Positions 9,676 to 17,444 of a stretch of 45,030 bases of DNA are shown here, piece by piece. The position numbers and the translations under genes were made by a program. The stretch is from IMG/VR virus record IMGVR_UViG_3300044466_000036, positions 1 through 45,030 of that record. One strand, given 5' to 3'. Source of the DNA: a virus (lineage: Duplodnaviria > Caudoviricetes). Position 1 is the stretch's first letter. Every line of letters starts with the position of its first letter. A model generated the notes under the pieces. It saw only the letters and a list, made by a program, of their open reading frames with translations, made no database searches and had not been told where the DNA came from.

Positions 9676-10236
9676 CTAGATTGCGTCCACGATGTGGAAC
9701 GGCTTAGTGGAGCTGTCTATGTAATGGATCCGCCACGTGGCCGGGAAAACAAATTGCCCGTCCTTCTTGTACGCTGCCTCAACGGACTCAATCGACAGGC
9801 ATTTACGCGCGATTACCCGGCGCCTCTTGGCGGTTCCGGGAGCCCACCCGTCGACAATCAACGCATAGTACGTGGCCTGGAAACTGGCCTCAGTGGTAGG
9901 CGGGTCGAACGTCCTGTACGACCCCGGCGTCGCTACCGTGCCCTCGTTCAAGACGATCGCCAGGTTGGCCAGCGTCGCCTCAGCCAGCGTGGTCTTGATT
10001 TTTGGGTCGATCTTGGTCGGCTGGGTAGCCACAACGTACAACACCTGATCAACTGTCATCTCCGACATCTCGCGGTCGATCGACAGCGTCAAACCCTCGT
10101 TGGTGCCCCCGAGATCAGTCCACGCGCTGGTTGCCGGGGCAGAGTTGACAGCCGAGTCGGCCGGCTCAGTCGCCCCGTACGCACCGTAGTAGAGGACCGC
10201 GGGACCCTCGACCAAATTGCTGCTGGTTACGGACAT
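9676..10236 (-). CDS. major tail tube protein
   Basis: NLVEGPAVLY, WTDLGGT, VDQ, TLAEATLANL motifs; strong RBS. Confidence 0.88.
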   Translation of the reverse strand: MSVTSSNLVEGPAVLYYGAYGATEPADSAVNSAPATSAWTDLGGTNEGLTLSIDREMSEMTVDQVLYVVATQPTKIDPKIKTTLAEATLANLAIVLNEGTVATPGSYRTFDPPTTEASFQATYYALIVDGWAPGTAKRRRVIARKCLSIESVEAAYKKDGQFVFPATWRIHYIDSSTKPFHIVDAI

Positions 10237-10336
10237 GGATGTGCCCCCTTCAGGACCGGCCCAGAGGGGGCCTTAGTGTGGTGGTAATGACTGGTTTTGT
10301 TCCGACGGTCAGCGCCGCTGACCGCCAGGCCCGGGG

Positions 10337-10819
10337 TTACAGCTCAACCCACGCGAATGCCATATCCATCGACAGCCGGGCATACGCCCCGGCGTCGCCC
10401 GGCACACGGCGAGGCTCCGACACAACCCACGCCGCCTGTACGTAGGCGCCCGCGTAGCCGGCCGGCATCAGCGCCGACACATCCCGCCCACCACCCTCAC
10501 GACCGGTTGTGCGGTACGTGTCGGCGACGATCAGCTCACCCAGCTCACGGGCCCGGCCCCACGGCGGCAGGCCCGAGTCGGGGTTGACGGCCCACAGGTT
10601 GAGTGACACGACGGGTTGCCGCGAGGGCACATACATGCCGGGGGTGCCGCCGATGACACCAACCATCTGCACAAACCCGGTGTCGGCCCACGGGTACAGG
10701 CTGGTGGCGGGGTCGCGTTGCGGCACGGTGACACCGATGTGGTCGGCGTCGGCGGTGAGTCCCGGCACGCCGAGGAGCCACGCGATGGCGACGACCTCGG
10801 AGGCCGCCCGGTTGGTCAC
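10337..10819 (-). CDS. tail terminator / completion protein
   Basis: Start at GTG 10819 (GTGA overlap); directly before major tail. Confidence 0.7.
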   Translation of the reverse strand: MTNRAASEVVAIAWLLGVPGLTADADHIGVTVPQRDPATSLYPWADTGFVQMVGVIGGTPGMYVPSRQPVVSLNLWAVNPDSGLPPWGRARELGELIVADTYRTTGREGGGRDVSALMPAGYAGAYVQAAWVVSEPRRVPGDAGAYARLSMDMAFAWVEL

Positions 10820-11205
10820 AGTCGGCCGCCGGGTGCGCGGCGCCTCAGGAGCGCTGGCCGCATGAACGGCTGTGCTGGGGTGCCTGGGTGGTGCACCCGC
10901 CAGAATGACGCCCAACGCCCCATTTTGAGCCAAAAGAATCGCAGCGGGTAGCCGGGGCCGCGTGGCGTGATCTCGTGGTCGACGGAGCCGTACTCGGTGG
11001 ATGGCCAGTGGTCCGTGCCGACGTGGATGTAGCTGTTGCCGGGTGTGTAGGTGGTGTGGATCGTGGCGAGCATCGCTCCGCTGTCGATGGGGCACCCCGC
11101 CCGGCAGTCGAGGGCAATGGCCTCGGTGATCTCGATGAGGTCGTCCTGTGTGCGGGCCTCTAGGTCGAGTCGCCACACGGGCGATTCGATGATCACTCCG
11201 GCCAC
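10816..11205 (-). CDS. HK97 gp10-like neck protein
   Basis: CPIDSG, EYGS, HPGTPAQPFMRPAL motifs. Confidence 0.85.
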   Translation of the reverse strand: MAGVIIESPVWRLDLEARTQDDLIEITEAIALDCRAGCPIDSGAMLATIHTTYTPGNSYIHVGTDHWPSTEYGSVDHEITPRGPGYPLRFFWLKMGRWASFWRVHHPGTPAQPFMRPALLRRRAPGGRL

Positions 11206-11226
11206 GGTCGCCTCCCCGGCGGTCTG

Positions 11227-11556
11227 TCAGGTGACACGGCGGAGATCTAGGCGGATGTCTGACCCGCGCACCGGGTTAGCCGCCTCAGAGGATGCGTCGA
11301 ACACGTACACCGTGTTGGTGCGCTCGTCCCGCACCCGGTCACCAGTCCGGATGTCGGTGCCGGACGGTACCCGGCCCACGTAGTAGCGGACCTGCCGCAC
11401 CGTCCCGTCAACAGGGTTGGTGACAGTTTTGTTGCGCTCCATGATGGACGCGGTGACGCCCGACGCGACGGTTTTGGCGAGGTCGACGGGGTCGCCGAAC
11501 GAGTCGGTCCCGCCGCCCCGCAGAATCGTCACCCTCGTGTTCGCCCGCGTTTTCAC
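11227..11556 (-). CDS. head closure / stopper protein
   Basis: VTILRG..DSFGD, TDIRTGDRV motifs; GTG start overlapping upstream stop. Confidence 0.75.
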   Translation of the reverse strand: MKTRANTRVTILRGGGTDSFGDPVDLAKTVASGVTASIMERNKTVTNPVDGTVRQVRYYVGRVPSGTDIRTGDRVRDERTNTVYVFDASSEAANPVRGSDIRLDLRRVT

Positions 11557-11987
11557 GCGGGCACCCACGGCAGGTCGTCGTCTCGTGCCGCCGAGTTGCG
11601 GGTGCCGGTGTCGGTGTACGCCCGGTTGGGTTTGTACGCACGCAGCGGCGCCAGGTGCCACGTCAGGCGGTCCAGGCACCGTTTCGCCAACGGCGCGAGG
11701 AGGTGCGCGTTCGGGTGGGCGGGGCTGGAGGACATGCCGTCCTGGCTGAACGCAGTCACGTCGGTGGATGTCATTACGTCTGGGTGCTCACGCATCCACG
11801 CCGCCTGCCACCCGACGGCCCACGCCAGCAGGCGCAGGTTGCGGACGGAGACCAACCCGCCATCCGAGGCCGCAGTTGTGGTATCCGCAAACAGGCTGAC
11901 TATGCTTTGCGCCTGCTTGAGGTCCGGCAGGGTGACCGCGACCCCAGTGAGGGCCTCGATGTCGGCCACGGTGGTCCAGTCCGCCAC
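11553..11987 (-). CDS. head-to-tail adaptor
   Basis: WTTVADIEALTG, AV.WQAAW, LAPLAKRCL; position. Confidence 0.75.
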   Translation of the reverse strand: MADWTTVADIEALTGVAVTLPDLKQAQSIVSLFADTTTAASDGGLVSVRNLRLLAWAVGWQAAWMREHPDVMTSTDVTAFSQDGMSSSPAHPNAHLLAPLAKRCLDRLTWHLAPLRAYKPNRAYTDTGTRNSAARDDDLPWVPA

Positions 11988-11988
11988 G

Positions 11989-12894
11989 TCAGCCTCCCCG
12001 GTAATGGGTGGCCCGCTGCGGGCCGCTGCGGTATGTGGCGGCCCCAGTGCGGGCGCCGTGTGGCCTGCGGGTGCCGCCCAGGGCCGCGACTAGGGCACCG
12101 AGGTCGGCGGACATGGTGCCGTGCCCGGTGCGGGTTCCGGTCAGGGTTGCGGTCAGGGCACCGAGCGGGGCGTCGAGGCCGCCGTTGACGGTCCGGGTGC
12201 CGGACAACACGGCGGTGAGGGCACCCATGTCTGCGGCCATGATGCCGTGCCTCGTGCGGGTGCCCGTCAGCGAGGCGACTAGGGCGCCGAGAGACGCGCT
12301 CAGGGTGCCGTTGACCTGTCGGGTTCCGCCTAGAGTTGCGGTCAGGGCACCGAGAGACGCGCTCAGGGTGCCGTTGACCTGTCGGGTTCCGCCTAGAGTT
12401 GCGGTCAGGGCACCGAGCGGGGCGGACATGGTGCCGGTGATCGTGTAGTCGACGTCAACGTAGTAGGTGGAGCCGTTGGAACTCACTGTGGCCGGGTAGG
12501 CCAGAGTGCCGCCAGCGTGGAAATAGCCCCCGCTGGCGGTGACGCTGCCTCTGGTCAGGGGTGAGGTGAGCACCCCCGATTTGGCGCGGTACCTGGTGGT
12601 GACCACTCCCACGGCGTAGGTGTCGGCGGAGGCGATCACAATTGGGCTGGCTGGGGTGGCCGAGTCCCACTCCCCTGTCGTGGTCGCGTCGAACGTGACG
12701 CTGGCTGTCAACGACTGGTCGCTGACACGCCACATGTGTATCTGTGTGGGTGGGGTGGCGGGGTTGGTGCCGGGCCACCGCCACCGGAGCCGGGTTATCG
12801 TGCAGGCGGGCAGGGCGAACCGCTGCCCGACCGTCGCTGTATCGACAAACTCGGATGACCCTGTCAGGTCGGCGTCCGCCCAGAAGTACCCCAT
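11989..12894 (-). CDS. virion protein with DUF4082-like N-terminal domain and 21-aa tandem repeats
   Basis: TVGQRF...YYVDVDY domain followed by about six GxxxAxLGALxAxLxGTR repeats. Confidence 0.65.
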   Translation of the reverse strand: MGYFWADADLTGSSEFVDTATVGQRFALPACTITRLRWRWPGTNPATPPTQIHMWRVSDQSLTASVTFDATTTGEWDSATPASPIVIASADTYAVGVVTTRYRAKSGVLTSPLTRGSVTASGGYFHAGGTLAYPATVSSNGSTYYVDVDYTITGTMSAPLGALTATLGGTRQVNGTLSASLGALTATLGGTRQVNGTLSASLGALVASLTGTRTRHGIMAADMGALTAVLSGTRTVNGGLDAPLGALTATLTGTRTGHGTMSADLGALVAALGGTRRPHGARTGAATYRSGPQRATHYRGG

Positions 12895-12903
12895 ATATAT
12901 CTT

Positions 12904-13293
12904 TTACGATGCGATGGTCAGCGTCGCGACCATCGCGCCGATGGCAGCGGTGAAATCGTCGGTCACCGCCACCGCATTGGCGGTGACCGTGCCCGAGAGC
13001 AGAAACGTGCCGCCGCTGGATAGGGTCCAGAACGAAAATTTTGTGTACGTCTCGGCCGCCGACACGCTGGGCCACGTGACCGCAACGGTGTTCGCGATTG
13101 ACCCGCCTGCGGCGTCTGTGCCGAACGTGGCCTGCTTGCGGGTGCTGTTGCTGGCCACGTTGGACGTGCCGGCCGCACCGGGTGCCCCAGTGTGGAGCTG
13201 AACCCACCCAGCGGACGGGGGTGTCCACGCCGTGCCCTTGCACAGCAGGTTGAGAGCGCTGTTCGCGGTTGCCGCCGCGAGTCCCTCGGCCAT
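12904..13293 (-). CDS. virion structural protein (head/tail fibre-associated)
   Basis: VQLHTGAPGAAGTSN...R..ATF motif, common small phage structural family. Confidence 0.7.
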   Translation of the reverse strand: MAEGLAAATANSALNLLCKGTAWTPPSAGWVQLHTGAPGAAGTSNVASNSTRKQATFGTDAAGGSIANTVAVTWPSVSAAETYTKFSFWTLSSGGTFLLSGTVTANAVAVTDDFTAAIGAMVATLTIAS

Positions 13294-13303
13294 CCATGTC
13301 TCC

Positions 13304-13645
13304 TCAGGTGGTTACGTTGCGGTGCAGGGTCGCGCGGCCCTCGGCGACCCGCTCGACGCCAGTGGGTCCGGTGGTGATCTCTAGGTCGTACCAGCCGGCG
13401 ACCCACTCGTAGCTGGCTGTTGTTGCGGCGAGGATGGTGGCCGTAACGGTCGAATACGTCGCGTCAACGGTCACGGTGGCCGTCGCGAGAAGGGTTGAGC
13501 CGCTGTCTCTCTCGGCGCGGACCTGCATGGCGCCTGCCGCGCCGGTCAGGTCCGCGCGTAGGTCGCCGTACTCATCCAGCAGGTCCACTATGTACGTAAA
13601 GACGGCGGCGCGTTCGACGATGACGTCACGCTGCGCGGCGGGCAT
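13304..13645 (-). CDS. phage structural protein, Ig/BppU-like fold
   Basis: DLTG...MQVR...GWYDLEIT...RVAEG pattern. Confidence 0.65.
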   Translation of the reverse strand: MPAAQRDVIVERAAVFTYIVDLLDEYGDLRADLTGAAGAMQVRAERDSGSTLLATATVTVDATYSTVTATILAATTASYEWVAGWYDLEITTGPTGVERVAEGRATLHRNVTT

Positions 13646-13651
13646 GGGTGG

Positions 13652-14224
13652 TTATCGCCGGGCGTAGATCTCGTACACGGCGGTGCGGAGCCCCGCGTCG
13701 CTGACGCCCCACCCGGTGCGGTGCGCTGGGCCCTTGGTGGTGTGGCCGGCCGCCTCAGCCTGCCGCTTGGTGGCCGCGCAGAACTCCTGGTGGAGCCCGT
13801 CGCCCAGATCCATGCCGGGGTACAGCACGTGCTCGGCCCGGTATACCCGCTCACGGTTGGCGACGTGCGCGATGTCGGCGGCGTCGCCGGCTGCTGGGGC
13901 TGTCCCGGGGCGGGCGGCGAGTTGGGCCCGGAGCTGGAGTATCTCGGCCTGCATGTCGATGGCCTGCCGGACCAGAGGGTCCACTGTGGGTGGTGGTGCG
14001 GCGGGTGTGGTGGGTGCGACCACCGCGAGGAGGTCGTCGTTGGATCCGTCATCGGGCCCGGCGGCGATCAGCGCCATGGGTTGCTCCTGTTCGTGGTGGG
14101 CTCGCTGGGCGTCGTCGTGCGCGAGCAGGCGGGCGGTGATGTCGGTCCTGCTGCCACGGATGGGCAGGCTGCGGGCGCGGGCCTCAGCGACGAGGTCTGC
14201 GTGTTTGGTTGCGTCGTAGTCCAC
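13652..14224 (-). CDS. SAP/HeH-like domain protein
   Basis: N-terminal ADLVAEARARSLPIRGSRTDITARL matches SAP pattern; follows capsid gene. Confidence 0.65.
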   Translation of the reverse strand: MDYDATKHADLVAEARARSLPIRGSRTDITARLLAHDDAQRAHHEQEQPMALIAAGPDDGSNDDLLAVVAPTTPAAPPPTVDPLVRQAIDMQAEILQLRAQLAARPGTAPAAGDAADIAHVANRERVYRAEHVLYPGMDLGDGLHQEFCAATKRQAEAAGHTTKGPAHRTGWGVSDAGLRTAVYEIYARR

Positions 14225-14291
14225 GACCGTCCTTTCCGTGGGGGGAGGGGCGCTGGGGGCCCGGTTGGCGAGGCGCGGGCCCCCGGGCCGT

Positions 14292-15404
14292 TTAGTCGGT
14301 CACCCGTTCGAGGGCGGCCGCCGCGTTCGGGTGGCTTAGTTTAAACGCGCGACGCGCGCGGAATTTGACCGCGTAGTTGTCGCTGTCGTCCTGGGCGCGC
14401 GGCGTGTCTGTGCGAGTCTCCGGCCCGCTCCGCTTGCCAACCCTCAAGTATCGTTTGTTGAGAAAGTACAGCAGGTCGGCGCCCGTGGGCGAGCCGCTGA
14501 GCGTGGCCGAGACCTTGCAGCCACGGCTCCACGAGATCGGCACGTTGAACAGCGTGTCGGGCGTGCCTGCGGAGCCCTGGATGAAAATCGGCCTACCCTG
14601 ACCGTCCACTGTGAGCCGGAGCGCGTCGCGCCACCCCGGGGCGGCGATGACGAGCGAGTCCGCGAGTGACCAGTATTTGCCGGTTTCCACCAGTTTGAAT
14701 GTGTGGGAAAGCTTGGCGTAGAGGCTCGCGGTGTCAAACACGCTGGACGCAATGGTGGCGTACAGGTCGTCGTCCCACGTCAGGTAGTTGTCATCCGCCG
14801 TGTACGACACGCCGGAGTCGGTCGTGCGCAACGTCTTGTAGACCGACGTGAACGGAGCGGTGGTGCCGTTTTCCGCGCCAGAAACGCCCAGACAGGCGTT
14901 GTCGAACGTATCCGCGTAGCTGATGGCCCAATCCATCGCTTTGGTGTTAATGGTCTCCATGCGGGAGTCCACGTCGGCGAGATCATCCTCGTCGACCTGG
15001 AACCGGCTGATGAACCGGCGGGCCGTGAGGGTGATTTTGTCGTTTGTGGACGCGTCGTCGGTGTAGGTGGTGCCCACCGTGACGGTCATCCCGGCCGACC
15101 GCGGGATTTCCTTCGTGGCAGTTTTCATCGGGACCGGCGAGGCATACCTTTCGACCGCCGACTCCGACTGGACCCGCAGCACGACGTCGGAGTCGTACTC
15201 GATGGGGATCCAGTTGTCGACGATGGTGGTCGCGTCGCGGCCCCACAGCAGGTAGACGGGTGCGCCGTTGGCGCGGTGGCCGATGATGGTGCCCGGGGTC
15301 GGCGCGTCGGAGTCCACGACGTGCCCGCCGGGCACAGCGATGCTGATCACTGTGACTCCGTTCGCGGTAAGCGGTTGGCGGTTGGCGTGCAGGGGGGTGC
15401 TCAT
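14292..15404 (-). CDS. major capsid protein (HK97 fold)
   Basis: 370 aa; WIPIEY, DGQGRPIF, TLFNVP, KFRARRAF..HPNAAA; position. Confidence 0.88.
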   Translation of the reverse strand: MSTPLHANRQPLTANGVTVISIAVPGGHVVDSDAPTPGTIIGHRANGAPVYLLWGRDATTIVDNWIPIEYDSDVVLRVQSESAVERYASPVPMKTATKEIPRSAGMTVTVGTTYTDDASTNDKITLTARRFISRFQVDEDDLADVDSRMETINTKAMDWAISYADTFDNACLGVSGAENGTTAPFTSVYKTLRTTDSGVSYTADDNYLTWDDDLYATIASSVFDTASLYAKLSHTFKLVETGKYWSLADSLVIAAPGWRDALRLTVDGQGRPIFIQGSAGTPDTLFNVPISWSRGCKVSATLSGSPTGADLLYFLNKRYLRVGKRSGPETRTDTPRAQDDSDNYAVKFRARRAFKLSHPNAAAALERVTD

Positions 15405-15413
15405 CGCGAGCCG

Positions 15414-15548
15414 GGGTCGCCCGTCGCGGGCGTGGCGGTGCTGGGTCGCCCGTCGCGGGCGTGGCGGTGCTGGGTCGCCCGTCGCGGGCGTGGCGGTGCT
15501 GGGTCGCCCGTCGCGGGCGTGGCGGTGCTGGGTCGCCCGTCGCGGGCG
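15414..15548. repeat. 29-bp tandem repeat x4.7 in capsid leader
   Basis: GGGTCGCCCGTCGCGGGCGTGGCGGTGCT at 15414, 15443, 15472, 15501 and partial at 15530; each has a CGCCCG-TCG-CGGGCG hairpin. Confidence 0.95.
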
Positions 15549-15617
15549 GCGGCTGTCCGGCCGATGACCGCGTCGACCTGCGCCCGGTCGCCTGAAACGG
15601 CGGCGTCGACGGGAGCC

Positions 15618-17444
15618 TCAGCCCACCCTGTCTGTGCGGTTCGTCTCGGCGGGGCCGTGGTCTTGTACCACCGGTCGTTCGATCAGCACATCCTTGGAGG
15701 GTGTCTTCCAGACATAGCCAGGGCGGACCACAACAACTGGCGCTCCGTCGCGGATGTCCGGGCCGATTAGCTGGTGGCGGCGCCGATCAAATGCCACCTC
15801 TTCGCCAGCATTGTCGATCGGTTCCAGACGCATTCGCTTCATCCGCGCCCGCACCCGGTGAGTCATCGCGCGGGTTGAGGCATCCTTGGCGGCGAGTTCT
15901 TCAACCTCGATCGCCATCTCGGCCAGCGCTCTCGCGGCGTCCATCTCGGTCTGCTGCAACCGGTTGAGCAGGTCCGGACTCTCCTGCGGTTCGGCCAGCG
16001 CGGCGGCCCTGTCAGCCGCGCTGAGGGGCGCGCCACCTCTGTCCTGGGCCGGGGTGTCACCGGCCGCGCCCAACCGCCGCTCGCCCTGCCACGACGACCC
16101 GTCCAGGATCGCCACACCAGCCGGCCCCGAATTGGCGATCTCCAACGGCGTCGGCCACCCCGCACGATCACCCCGAAACGCCTCCAACCACCCCCGCAAC
16201 CGGTCAGACCCCGGCCCGGACGGGTCAGCCGCCAACGCGCCAGCAACCCGCCCGGCTACATCGCCCACAGCCCCGGGCTTGGTCGAGTCCCAGCCATAAC
16301 CTCTCCGGGCCGCAGCGACGCCACCCTCGTAGGCGGGGCTGATCGTCGCCCGGGTATACCCGGCGTCGGTGAGGACCCGGTCGGCGTTGTCGTCAAACGC
16401 CCGGCCGAAACCGCGCCGCTGCCACTCCGGGGCGATAGCCAGCATGTCGTTGTGGACAGTCCGGGTCGTGGGGTGGAGCAGACGCCTAAACCCGCCCACG
16501 ATGTTGCCGGCGTCGTCGCGGATGTCACCCTCAGCCCGGATGACGACGCCATCGCGGCCGTCGTAGACGCGGGACAGGTCCGGGTCCAGGGTGGCGTGGA
16601 GGCCACCGATGTGGTTGTCGTAGGCGTGGGCGATGACTCGCCGGAGTTGCGGGGCGTGGGTGAGGGGCAGGTCGCGGTCGGGGCCGAGGTCGGGTATGGC
16701 GCTGGCGAGGGCGTCCGCCGTGCCGGCTTCAACCGGGGGTTCCGGCGCGACTGACTGCTTGTACGTCCGCCACGGCTCACCCGTGTCGATGCTGATCAGG
16801 TGGTTGTCCTGGTCGCCGATCCGCAAAGCATCTGCCCGGTGCTGGGCCGTGAGCGTTTTCTGGTTTGTCTCGGGCACGAGGCTGACGTGCGGGTTGCGGT
16901 CCATGCGCTTGAGTACCTGGTCCAGCTCACTGCGGGGGATGTCGCTTAGCGCGGCGCGGAGGTCGGCGATGCTGATGTGGGGGTTGCGGTCGCGTCCCTT
17001 GCGGGCGAGGACGAGTTGCTGGTACGCGGCGCCGACACGATCCTCAACCTCAGCGGCGCGGGTTGGTGTCAAACCTGCCGCTGGCGGCGGGGCGGCGACG
17101 GCCGTGTTGGGGCTGCGGGTCGCGTGGGCTGGGGCGGCGGCCGGGGGCACGTAGCCCGACAGTCTCTCACCGGAGACCATGCCCGCTTCGCCGTCCCCAA
17201 ACTCAACCCAGTGTGCCCCACCCGACCCACCCGACCCACCGCCCACGCCGCTGGCGTCGCGCTCGTCGTGGCCGACGTAGGTGACCGGCCCGCGAGTGCT
17301 GTGGGTGAGCCTGTCCCCGGCCTGCCAGCCGGAGCGAGCCTGGGCGTCGCGGGCCACGTGGCCGGCGTCGGTCACGCTGCGGTCGGGAGCCTCCAGGTCC
17401 GGCACCGACGATACGGCGGGCCCCGCGTCGCCTGGAGCGGTCAC
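15618..17444 (-). CDS. large multidomain protein: wHTH-like + GNAT-like + GrpE-like C-terminal domain
   Basis: IAPEWQRRGFG...ARRGYGW (GNAT motif A); FDRRRHQLIG...VVVVRPGY...LIERPVV (GrpE beta-domain pattern). Confidence 0.7.
   Translation of the reverse strand: MTAPGDAGPAVSSVPDLEAPDRSVTDAGHVARDAQARSGWQAGDRLTHSTRGPVTYVGHDERDASGVGGGSGGSGGAHWVEFGDGEAGMVSGERLSGYVPPAAAPAHATRSPNTAVAAPPPAAGLTPTRAAEVEDRVGAAYQQLVLARKGRDRNPHISIADLRAALSDIPRSELDQVLKRMDRNPHVSLVPETNQKTLTAQHRADALRIGDQDNHLISIDTGEPWRTYKQSVAPEPPVEAGTADALASAIPDLGPDRDLPLTHAPQLRRVIAHAYDNHIGGLHATLDPDLSRVYDGRDGVVIRAEGDIRDDAGNIVGGFRRLLHPTTRTVHNDMLAIAPEWQRRGFGRAFDDNADRVLTDAGYTRATISPAYEGGVAAARRGYGWDSTKPGAVGDVAGRVAGALAADPSGPGSDRLRGWLEAFRGDRAGWPTPLEIANSGPAGVAILDGSSWQGERRLGAAGDTPAQDRGGAPLSAADRAAALAEPQESPDLLNRLQQTEMDAARALAEMAIEVEELAAKDASTRAMTHRVRARMKRMRLEPIDNAGEEVAFDRRRHQLIGPDIRDGAPVVVVRPGYVWKTPSKDVLIERPVVQDHGPAETNRTDRVG

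Noticed and set aside
15414-15548. Second CRISPR array
   Set aside because: Units are identical and contiguous with no unique spacers
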